64,000 bases of DNA, from positions 11,687,337 to 11,751,336 of the forward strand of contig CM082586.2 in the NCBI GenBank assembly GCA_040954595.2, in the 5' to 3' direction. The notes under the pieces were generated by a model. That model was not told the origin of the DNA, did no database searches, and saw only the letters and a program-made list of their open reading frames with translations. The translations under genes were made by a program, and so were the position numbers. The DNA is from Balanoglossus misakiensis. Its lineage: Eukaryota > Animalia > Hemichordata. Of the stretch, positions 1 through 11,000 are shown one piece after another (the first letter of the stretch is position 1; the number at the start of each line of letters is the position of its first letter).

Positions 1-900
1 AAAATCTAAATCATTTTTTCATATTTGGATATCTGATGATGTATGAAATTTCCATTATATGTAAAAATGGTGCTGATTATAAAAAATGCACTCTGAATGA
101 GCTGATTTAATACAAAATTGCGTTTTATTCGTTTTTGCACCAAAAAGGTCATTTTTAGGCAAAACATTCTTTATTTTTTTATTCGGTGACCTGATCATAT
201 ATAAGCAATTGCTTGCATGTTAAAAGTTTTTATGACTTTTAAAAGCAGTGACACTGGCGGCATTCAACACGAAAATAACAATTTTAACCACAATTTGGTC
301 AAAATGGTAAATTTTTGAAAATTACAAAAAATACCTGTTTTCTACATTTTCGGAAATCTGATGGAGTATAGAATGCTCGTCGTATATATATATCGATACC
401 AATTCCACAAAAGACCGTCTAATTTGGCTCACTGCAGACAAAATTGCGTTTTACCAAATTTTCCTTGAAAATGTCATTTTTAGAAAAATAAAATAAAAAA
501 ACCTTCGTTCTTCGAATTTAGTGCCCTGATCATATATGACATGTTGATTGTATGTTAAAACTTTCGACCACTCCAAAAATGCAGAGATATTGACGGAATT
601 CAAGAAAAAATAGCCATTTTGGCCATATTTTGACAAAATGGTACATTTTTAAAAAATCATAAAAAATAAAACTCTTTTCTTCATTTTCGGAAATATTATG
701 GAGCATGAAGTGTCGTTCTCTTGTAAAAAGTGCTGCAAATTCCAGAAAATGTGGTATAATTTGAATCACCCAAGACAAAATTACCATTTTCGACTTGTTT
801 TCGAAAAATTGTCTTTTTTACAAAATAAATAAGAATAAATTCTTTTCTTAGTTTCAAACGGGTAGAGATACTTTCCACACGGGTTTTCTAACATTGAATT
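1..900. repeat. AT-rich block of the unit (first copy): ~5 diverged ~160-170-bp monomers, best similarity at a ~330-bp dimer period
   Basis: CTGATCATAT at 191 and 526; ATCTGATG at 31 and 356; ACAAAATTGCGTTTTA at 112 and 438; CAAAATGGTA at ~300 and ~643; CATTTTCGGAAAT at ~345 and ~682. CTGAT/TTATG-type anchors at ~33, 191, 358, 526, 697. Confidence 0.8.
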
Positions 901-1775
901 CCCGTTCATCAACTCAGATTTCCTACAGCATAAGTCGGCTAAAACCCTGACACTCTAGAGCAGAAACAGTTGCACACTGATAACGTTGAACAAGTCGATT
1001 TTTCTACGGCCTGGCTCGGCTAAATCTCGTCACAATATGACAGACACTAGCGTACGTTAGCAACGGTGATCAAGTCAGATTTTCAACGGCATGGGTTGGA
1101 TAAAGCGCCGGCACTCTAGAGCAGAAACACGCGTACAGAGACCACGTTGATCAAGTCTGATCTCCTACGGCTTGGCTCGACTAAAACCCCGGCACACTAT
1201 GACAGACACTAGCGTTCGTTAGCAACGTTGATCAAGTCAGATTTCCTACGGCATGGCTTTGCTAAAGCCCTGACACTCTAGAGCAGAAACACGCGTACAG
1301 AGACCACGTTGATCTACTCACATTTCCATCGGCCTGGCACGGCTGATGCCCCGGCACTATATATAGGACACAGACTGGCGTAAGTTAACAACGGTGATTA
1401 CGTCGGATTTCCTACGGCCTGGTTTAGCTGAAGCCCCGGCACTTTAGAGCGGAAACACGCGTACATTGACCACGTTGATCAAGTCAGATTTCCTTCGGCG
1501 TGACTCGGCTGGTGCACCGGCTCTATATGACACAGACTGGCGTAAGTTATCAACGGTGATTACGTCGGATTTCCTACGGCCTGGTTTAGCTGAAGCCCCG
1601 GCACTTTAGAGCGGAAACACGCGTACATTGACCACGATGATCAAGTCAGATCTCCTACAGCCTGGCTCGACTAAAACCCCGGCACACCATGACAGACACT
1701 AGCGTTCGTTAGCAACGGTGATCAAGTCGGATTTCCTTCGGCCTGGCTCTGCAAAAGACCCGACACTCTAGTACA
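901..1775. repeat. 81-bp minisatellite block of the unit (first copy): 11 monomers alternating type A and type B (162-bp dimer)
   Basis: GATCAAGTCAGATTTCCTACGGC-like anchor at 907, 988, 1068, 1149, 1230, 1311, 1396, 1477, 1558, 1639, 1720 (spacing 80-81, one 85). Type A carries CTCTAGAGCAGAAACACGCGTAC; type B carries ATGACAGACACTAGCGTTCGTTAGCAAC or GACACAGACTGGCGTAAGTTA. Confidence 0.93.
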
Positions 1776-2045
1776 AAGACGTTGGCTAAGTCGGGCAAAA
1801 CGAAGAGGGAAAGTCACAGCGGGTCAACACTCGACATTTGGTCGGGTAGGACTGCATTATTGCCTGTCAATTTATAGAGAAAGCCCGAATTTAACCAGGG
1901 CGTTCCAAACACCGACGTTAGTTGGGGGCACGGCCTGCAGTACTGCCGGGTAAGCTGACATCGGCGTACCGCATATAATGTAAGGGGGGGGGGGACAGAA
2001 CGGTTCAATACTACATTTATTAGATATCAGCTAATTTTGGACAAT
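1776..2045. other. Single-copy-per-unit module with palindromes/hairpins and a variable poly-G tract (first copy); function unknown
   Basis: Not internally repetitive. Perfect palindrome GCAGTACTGC (1937-1946); inverted repeat AGCTGACATC (1953-1962) / GATATCAGCT (2023-2032); AATGTAG/CTACATT around the G-run in most units. Retained in all 28 units. Confidence 0.75.
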
Positions 2046-5000
2046 CATCTAAAATCTAAATCATTTTTTCATATTTGGATATCTGATGATGTATGAAATT
2101 TCCATTATATGTAAAAATGGTGCTTATTATAAAACATGTACTCTGAATGAACTGATTTAATACAAGATTGCGTTTTATTCGTTTTTGCACCAAAAAGGTC
2201 ATTTTTAGGCAAAACATTCTTTATATTTTTAATTCGGTGACCTGATCATATATAAACAATTGCTTGTATGTTAAAAGTTTTTATGACTTTTAAAAGCAGT
2301 GACACTGGCGGCATTCATCACGAAAATAACAATTTTAGCCACAATTTGGTCAAAATGGTAAATTTTTGAAATTTACAAAAAATACCTGTTTTCTACATTT
2401 TCGGAAATCTGATGGAGTGTAGAATGCTCTTCGTATGTATATATCGATACAATTTCCACAAAAGACCGTCTAATTTGGCTCACTGCAGACAAAATTGCGT
2501 TTTACCAAATTTTCCTTGAAAATGTCATTTTTAGAAAAAAAAAAGAAAAAACCTTTGTTCTTCGAATTTGGTGCCCTGATCATATATGACATGTTGATTG
2601 TATGTTAAAACTCTCGACTACTCCAAAAATGCTGAGATATTGACGGAATTCAAGAAAAATAGCCATTTTGGCCATATTGTGACAAAAATGGTAAATTTTT
2701 GAAAAATCATAAAAAATTAACTCTTTTCTTCATTTTCGGAAATATTATGGAGCATGAAGTGTCGTTCTCTTGTAAAAAGTGCTGCAAATTCCAGAAAAGG
2801 CGGTATAATTTGAATCACGCAAGACAAAATTGCAATTTTTCGACTTTTTTTTCGAAAAATTGTCTTTTTTACAAAATAAATAAGAATACATTCTTTTCTT
2901 AGTTTCAAACGGGTAGAGATACTTTCCAAACGGGTTTTCTAACATTGAATTCCCGTTCATCAACTCAGATTTCCTACAGCATAAGTCGGATAAAACCCTG
3001 ACACTCTAGAGCAGAAACAGTTGCACACTGGTAACGTTGAACAAGTCGATTTTTCTACGGCCTGGCTCGGCTAAATCTCCGTCACAATATGACAGACACT
3101 AGCGTACGTTAGCAACGGTGATCAAGTCAGATTTTCTACGGCATGGGTTGGGTAAAGCCCCGGCACTCTAGAGCAGAAACACGCGTACAGAGACCACGTT
3201 GATCAAGTCTGATCTCCTACGGCTTGGCTCGACTAAAACCCCGGCACACTATGACAGACACTAGCGTTCGTTAGCAACGTTGATCAAGTCAGATTTCCTA
3301 CGGCATGGCTTGGCTAAAGCCCTGGCACTCTAGAGCAGAAACACGCGTACAGAGACCACGTTGATCTTCTCACATTTCCTTCGGCCTGGCACGGCTGATG
3401 CCCCGGCACTATATATAGGACACAAACTGGCGTAAGTTAACAACGGTAATCACGTCGGGTTTCCTACGGCCTGGCTCAGCTGAAGCCCCGGCACTCTAGA
3501 GCAGAAACAGGCGTACATTGACCACGTTGATCAAGTCAGATTTCCTACGGCGTGACTCGGCTGGTGCACCGGCTCTATATGACACAGACTGGCGTAAGTT
3601 ATCAACGGTGATTACGTCGGATTTCCTACGGCCTGGTTTAGCTGAAGCCCCGGCACTTTAGAGCGGAAACACGCGTACATTGACCACGATGATCAAGTCA
3701 GATCTCCTACGGCCTGGCTCGACTAAAACCCCGGCACACCATGACAGACACTAGCGTTCGTTAGCAACGGTGATCAAGTCGGATTTCCTTCGGCCTGGCT
3801 CTGCAAAAGACCCGACACTCTAGTACAAAGACGTTGGCTAAGTTGGGCAAACCGAAGAGGGAAAGTCACAGCGGGTCAACACTCGACATTTGTTCCGGTA
3901 GGACTGCATTATTGCCTGTCAATTTATAGAGAAAGCCCGAATTTAAACAGGGCGTTTCAAACACCGACGTTAGTTGGGGGCACGGCCTGCAGTACTGCCG
4001 GGTAAGCTGACATCAGCGTACCGCATATAATGTAGGGGGGGGGGGGGAAACAGAACGGTTCAATACTACATTTATCAGATATCAGCTAATTTTTGACAAT
4101 CATCTAAAATGTAAATCATCTTTTCATATTTGGATATCTGATGATGTATGAAATTTCCATTATATGTAAAAATGGTGCTGATTATAAAAATGCACTCTGA
4201 ATGAGCTGATTTAATACAAAATTGCGTTTTATTCGTTTTTGCACCAAAAAGGTCATTTTTAGTCAAAACATTCTTTATTTTTTTAATTCGGTGACCTTAT
4301 CATATATAAACAATTGCTTGTATGTTAAAATTTTTTATGACTTTTAAAAGCAATGACACTGGCGGCATTCAACACGAAAATAACAATTTTAACCACAATT
4401 TGGTCAAAATGGTAAATTTTTGAAAATTACAAAAAATACCTGTTTTCTACATTTTCGGAAATCTGATGGAGTATAGAATGCTCTTCGTATATATATATCG
4501 ATACCAATTCCACAAAAGACCGTCTAATTTGGCTCACTGCAGACAAAATTGCGTTTTACCAAATTTTCCTTGAAAATGTCATTTTTAGAAAAATAAAATA
4601 AAAAAACCTTCGTTCTTCGAATTTAGTGCCCTGATCATATATGACATGTTGATTGTATGTTAAAACTTTCGACCACTCCAAAAATGCAGAGATATTGACG
4701 GAATTCAAGAAAAAATAGCCATTTTGGCCATATTTTGACAAAATGGTACATTTTTAAAAAATCATAAAAAATAAAACTCTTTTCTTCATTTTCGGAAATA
4801 TTATGGAGCATGAAGTGTCGTTCTCTTGTAAAAAGTGCTGCAAATTCCAGAAAATGTGGTATAATTTGAATCACCCAAGACAAAATTACCATTTTCGACT
4901 TGTTTTCGAAAAATTGTCTTTTTTACAAAATAAATAAGAATAAATTCTTTTCTTAGTTTCAAACGGGTAGAGATACTTTCCACACGGGTTTTCTAACATT

Positions 5001-8000
5001 GAATTCCCGTTCATCAACTCAGATTTCCTACAGCATAAGTCGGCTAAAACCCTGACACTCTAGAGCAGAAACAGTTGCACACTGATAACGTTGAACAAGT
5101 CGATTTTTCTACGGCCTGGCTCGGCTAAATCTCGTCACAATATGACAGACACTAGCGTACGTTAGCAACGGTGATCAAGTCAGATTTTCAACGGCATGGG
5201 TTGGATAAAGCGCCGGCACTCTAGAGCAGAAACACGCGTACAGAGACCACGTTGATCAAGTCTGATCTCCTACGGCTTGGCTCGACTAAAACCCCGGCAC
5301 ACTATGACAGACACTAGCGTTCGTTAGCAACGTTGATCAAGTCAGATTTCCTACGGCATGGCTTTGCTAAAGCCCTGACACTCTAGAGCAGAAACACGCG
5401 TACAGAGACCACGTTGATCTACTCACATTTCCATCGGCCTGGCACGGCTGATGCCCCGGCACTATATATAGGACACAGACTGGCGTAAGTTAACAACGGT
5501 GATTACGTCGGATTTCCTACGGCCTGGTTTAGCTGAAGCCCCGGCACTTTAGAGCGGAAACACGCGTACATTGACCACGTTGATCAAGTCAGATTTCCTT
5601 CGGCGTGACTCGGCTGGTGCACCGGCTCTATATGACACAGACTGGCGTAAGTTATCAACGGTGATTACGTCGGATTTCCTACGGCCTGGTTTAGCTGAAG
5701 CCCCGGCACTTTAGAGCGGAAACACGCGTACATTGACCACGATGATCAAGTCAGATCTCCTACAGCCTGGCTCGACTAAAACCCCGGCACACCATGACAG
5801 ACACTAGCGTTCGTTAGCAACGGTGATCAAGTCGGATTTCCTTCGGCCTGGCTCTGCAAAAGACCCGACACTCTAGTACAAAGACGTTGGCTAAGTCGGG
5901 CAAACCGAAGAGGGAAAGTCACAGCGGGTCAACACTCGACATTTGGTCGGGTAGGACTGCATTATTGCCTGTCAATTTATAGAGAAAGCCCGAATTTAAC
6001 CAGGGCGTTCCAAACACCGACGTTAGTTGGGGGCACGGCCTGCAGTACTGCCGGGTAAGCTGACATCGGCGTACCGCATATAATGTAAGGGGGGGGGGGG
6101 GACAGAACGGTTCAATACTACATTTATTAGATATCAGCTAATTTTGGACAATCATCTAAAATCTAAATCATTTTTTCATATTTGGATATCTGATGATGTA
6201 TGAAATTTCCATTATATGTAAAAATGGTGCTTATTATAAAACATGTACTCTGAATGAACTGATTTAATACAAGATTGCGTTTTATTCGTTTTTGCACCAA
6301 AAAGGTCATTTTTAGGCAAAACATTCTTTATATTTTTAATTCGGTGACCTGATCATATATAAACAATTGCTTGTATGTTAAAAGTTTTTATGACTTTTAA
6401 AAGCAGTGACACTGGCGGCATTCATCACGAAAATAACAATTTTAGCCACAATTTGGTCAAAATGGTAAATTTTTGAAATTTACAAAAAATACCTGTTTTC
6501 TACATTTTCGGAAATCTGATGGAGTGTAGAATGCTCTTCGTATGTATATATCGATACAATTTCCACAAAAGACCGTCTAATTTGGCTCACTGCAGACAAA
6601 ATTGCGTTTTACCAAATTTTCCTTGAAAATGTCATTTTTAGAAAAAAAAAAGAAAAAACCTTTGTTCTTCGAATTTGGTGCCCTGATCATATATGACATG
6701 TTGATTGTATGTTAAAACTCTCGACTACTCCAAAAATGCTGAGATATTGACGGAATTCAAGAAAAATAGCCATTTTGGCCATATTGTGACAAAAATGGTA
6801 AATTTTTGAAAAATCATAAAAAATTAACTCTTTTCTTCATTTTCGGAAATATTATGGAGCATGAAGTGTCGTTCTCTTGTAAAAAGTGCTGCAAATTCCA
6901 GAAAAGGCGGTATAATTTGAATCACGCAAGACAAAATTGCAATTTTTCGACTTTTTTTTCGAAAAATTGTCTTTTTTACAAAATAAATAAGAATACATTC
7001 TTTTCTTAGTTTCAAACGGGTAGAGATACTTTCCAAACGGGTTTTCTAACATTGAATTCCCGTTCATCAACTCAGATTTCCTACAGCATAAGTCGGATAA
7101 AACCCTGACACTCTAGAGCAGAAACAGTTGCACACTGGTAACGTTGAACAAGTCGATTTTTCTACGGCCTGGCTCGGCTAAATCTCCGTCACAATATGAC
7201 AGACACTAGCGTACGTTAGCAACGGTGATCAAGTCAGATTTTCTACGGCATGGGTTGGATAAAGCCCCGGCACTCTAGAGCAGAAACACGCGTACAGAGA
7301 CCACGTTGATCAAGTCTGATCTCCTACGGCTTGGCTCGACTAAAACCCCGGCACACTATGACAGACACTAGCGTTCGTTAGCAACGTTGATCAAGTCAGA
7401 TTTCCTACGGCATGGCTTGGCTAAAGCCCTGGCACTCTAGAGCAGAAACACGCGTACAGAGACCACGTTGATCTTCTCACATTTCCTTCGGCCTGGCACG
7501 GCTGATGCCCCGGCACTATATATAGGACACAAACTGGCGTAAGTTAACAACGGTAATCACGTCGGGTTTCCTACGGCCTGGCTCAGCTGAAGCCCCGGCA
7601 CTCTAGAGCAGAAACAGGCGTACATTGACCACGTTGATCAAGTCAGATTTCCTACGGCGTGACTCGGCTGGTGCACCGGCTCTATATGACACAGACTGGC
7701 GTAAGTTATCAACGGTGATCACGTCGGATTTCCTACGGCCTGGTTTAGCTGAAGCCCCGGCACTTTAGAGCGGAAACACGCGTACATTGACCACGATGAT
7801 CAAGTCAGATCTCCTACGGCCTGGCTCGACTAAAACCCCGGCACACCATGACAGACACTAGCGTTCGTTAGCAACGGTGATCAAGTCGGATTTCCTTCGG
7901 CCTGGCTCTGCAAAAGACCCGACACTCTAGTACAAAGACGTTGGCTAAGTTGGGCAAACCGAAGAGGGAAAGTCACAGCGGGTCAACACTCGACATTTGT

Positions 8001-11000
8001 TCCGGTAGGACTGCATTATTGCCTGTCAATTTATAGAGAAAGCCCGAATTTAAACAGGGCGTTTCAAACACCGACGTTAGTTGGGGGCACGGCCTGCAGT
8101 ACTGCCGGGTAAGCTGACATCAGCGTACCGCATATAATGTAGGGGGGGGGGGAAACAGAACGGTTCAATACTACATTTATCAGATATCAGCTAATTTTTG
8201 ACAATCATCTAAAATGTAAATCATCTTTTCATATTTGGATATCTGATGATGTATGAAATTTCCATTATATGTAAAAATGGTGCTGATTATAAAAATGCAC
8301 TCTGAATGAGCTGATTTAATACAAAATTGCGTTTTATTCGTTTTTGCACCAAAAAGGTCATTTTTAGTCAAAACATTCTTTATTTTTTTAATTCGGTGAC
8401 CTTATCATATATAAACAATTGCTTGTATGTTAAAATTTTTTATGACTTTTAAAAGCAATGACACTGGCGGCATTCAACACGAAAATAACAATTTTAGCCA
8501 CAATTCGGTCAAAATGGTAAATTTTTGAAAATTACAAAAAATACCTGTTTTCTACATTTTCGGAAATCTGATGGAGTATAGAATGCTCTTCGTATGTATA
8601 TATCGATACAAATTCCACAAAAGACCGTCTAATTTGGCTCACTGCAGACAAAATTGAGTTTTACCAAATTTTCCTTGAAAATGTCATTTTTAGAAAAAAA
8701 AATAAAAAACCTTTGTTCTTCGAATTTAGTGCCTGATCATATATGACATGTTGATTGTATGTTAAAACTTTCGACCACTCCAAAAATGCTGAGATATTGA
8801 CGGAATTCAAGAAAAAATAGCCATTTTGGCCATATTTTGACAAAAATGGTAATTTTTTAAAAAATCATAAAAAATTAACTCTTTTCTTCATTTTCGGAAA
8901 TATTATAGAGCATGAAGTGTCGTTCTCTTGTAAAAAGTGCTGCAAATTCCAGAAAAGGCGGCATAATTTGAATCACCCAAGACAAAATTACCATTTTCGA
9001 CTTTTTTTCGAAATATTGTTTTTTTTACAAAATAAATAAGAATAAATTCTTTTCTTAGTTCCAAACGGGTAGAGATACTTTCCACACGGATTTCTAACAT
9101 TGAATTCCCGTTCATCAACTCAGATTTCCTACAAGTCGGCTAAAACCCTGACACTCTAGAACAGAAACAGTTGCACACTGGTAACGTTGAACAAGTCGAT
9201 TTTTCTACGGCCTGGCTCGGCTAAATCTCCGTCACAATATGACAGACACTAGCGTAGGTTAGCAACGGTGATCAAGTCAGATTTTCTACGGCATGGCTTG
9301 GATAAAGCCCCGGCACTCCAGAGCAGAAACACGCGTACAGAGACCACGCTGATCAAGTCTGATCTCCTACGGCTTGGTTCGACTAAAACCCCGGCACACT
9401 ATGACAGACACTAGCGTTCGTTAGCAACGTTGATCAAGTCAGATTTCCTACGGCATGGCTTGGCTAAAGCCCTGGCACTCTAGAGCAGAAACACGCGTAC
9501 AGAAACCACGTTGATCTACTCACATTTCCTTCGGCCTGGCACGGCTGATGCCCCGGCAGTATATATAGGACACAGACTTGCGTAAGTTAACAACGGTAAT
9601 CACGTCGGGTTTCCTACGGCCTGGCTCAGCTGAAGCCCCGGCACTCTAGAGCAGAAACAGGCGTACATTGACCACGTTGATCAAATCAGATTCCTACGGC
9701 GTGACTCCGCTGGTGCACCGGCTCTATATGACACAGACTGGCGTAAGTTATCAACGGTGATTACGTCGGATTTCCTACGGCCTGGTTTAGCTCAAGCCCC
9801 GGCACTTTAGAGCGGAAACACGCGTACATTGACCACGATGATCAAGTCAGATCTCCTACGGCTTGGCTCGACTAAAACCCCGGCACACTATGACAGACAC
9901 TAGCGTTCGTTAGCAACGTTGATCAATTCAGATTTCCTACGGCATGGCTTGGCTAAAGCCCTGGCATTCTAGAGCAGAAACACGCGTACAGAGACCACAT
10001 TGATCTACTCACATTTCCTTAGGCCTGGCACGGCTGATGCCCCGCACTATATATAGGACACAGACTGGCGTAAGTTATCAACGGTGATTACGTCGGATTT
10101 CCTACGGCCTGGTTTAGCTGAAGCCCCGGCACTTTAGAGCGGAAACACGCGTACATTGACCACGATGATCCAGTCAGATCTCCTACGGCCTGGCTCGACT
10201 AAAACCCCGGCACACCATGACAGACACTAGCGTTCGTTAGCAACGGTGATCAAGTCGGATTTCCTTCGGCCTGGCTCTGCAAAACACCCGACACTCTAGT
10301 ACAAAGACGTTGGCTAAGTCGGGCAAACCGAAGAGGGAAAGTCACAGCGGGTCAACACTCGACATTTGTTCCGGTAGGACTACATTATTGCCTGTCAATT
10401 TATAGAGAAAGCCCGAATTTAACCAGGGCGTTTCAAACACCGACGTTAGTTGGGGGCACGGCCTGCAGTACTGACGGGTAAGCTGACATCGGCGTACCGC
10501 ATTTAATGTAGGGGGGGGGGGGGGAACAGAACGGTTCAATACTATATTTATTAGATATCAGCTACTTTTGGACAATCATCTAAAATCTAAATCATTTTTT
10601 CATATTTGGATATCTGATGATGGATGAAATTTCCATTATATGTAAAAATGGTGCTGATTATAAAAAATGCACTCTGAATGAGCTGATTTAATACAAAATT
10701 GCGTTTTATTCGTTTTTGCACCAAAAAGGTCATTTTTAGGGAAACATTCTTTATTCTTTAAATTCGGTGACCTGATCATATATAAACAATTGCTTGTATG
10801 TTAAAAGTTTTAATGACTTTTAAAAGCAGTGACACTGGCGGCATTCAACACGAAAATAACAATTTTAGCCACAATTCGGTCAAAATGGTAAATTTTTGAA
10901 AATTACAAAAAATACCTGTTTTCTACATTTTCGGAAATCTGATGGAGTATAGAATGCTCTTCGTATACATATATCGATACAAATTCCACAAAAAACGGCC

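Larger units (their letters stand above)
255..8490. repeat. Recent tandem duplication of a two-unit higher-order repeat, period ~4105 bp
   Basis: Identical translated ORFs at offsets of 4105-4107 (451/4556, 530/4635, 696/4801, 2699/6806, 4075/8180) and shared diagnostic SNPs. Boundaries approximate. Confidence 0.88.

Noticed and set aside
14-53. Hammerhead ribozyme-like core TTC-ATAT-TTGG-ATAT-CTGATGA-TGTAT-GAAA in each unit
   Set aside because: CTGATGA and GAAA are separated by 5 nt that cannot form stem II, and stem III does not extend beyond one pair. The homologous positions in sister monomers lack the core.
901-1775. CRISPR-like appearance of regularly spaced GATCAAGTCAGATTTCCTACGGC repeats
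   Set aside because: Intervening segments are homologous to each other rather than unique spacers, there are no cas genes, and the context is eukaryotic.
901-1775. Relationship to Xenopus rDNA 60/81-bp enhancer repeats
   Set aside because: Only the length coincides; I can support no sequence similarity.
1776-2045. 5S rRNA, intact tRNA, U1-U6 snRNA or histone gene as the payload of the tandem unit
   Set aside because: I found no recognisable conserved sequence of these genes on either strand; only the motif-level resemblances listed under findings.
4030-4075. Head-to-tail junction of CACTA-type transposons (AATGTAGGG ... TACTACATT)
   Set aside because: Neither end matches CACTA/TAGTG exactly, the spacer is ~25-30 bp rather than a 2-3-bp TSD, and there is no transposase.
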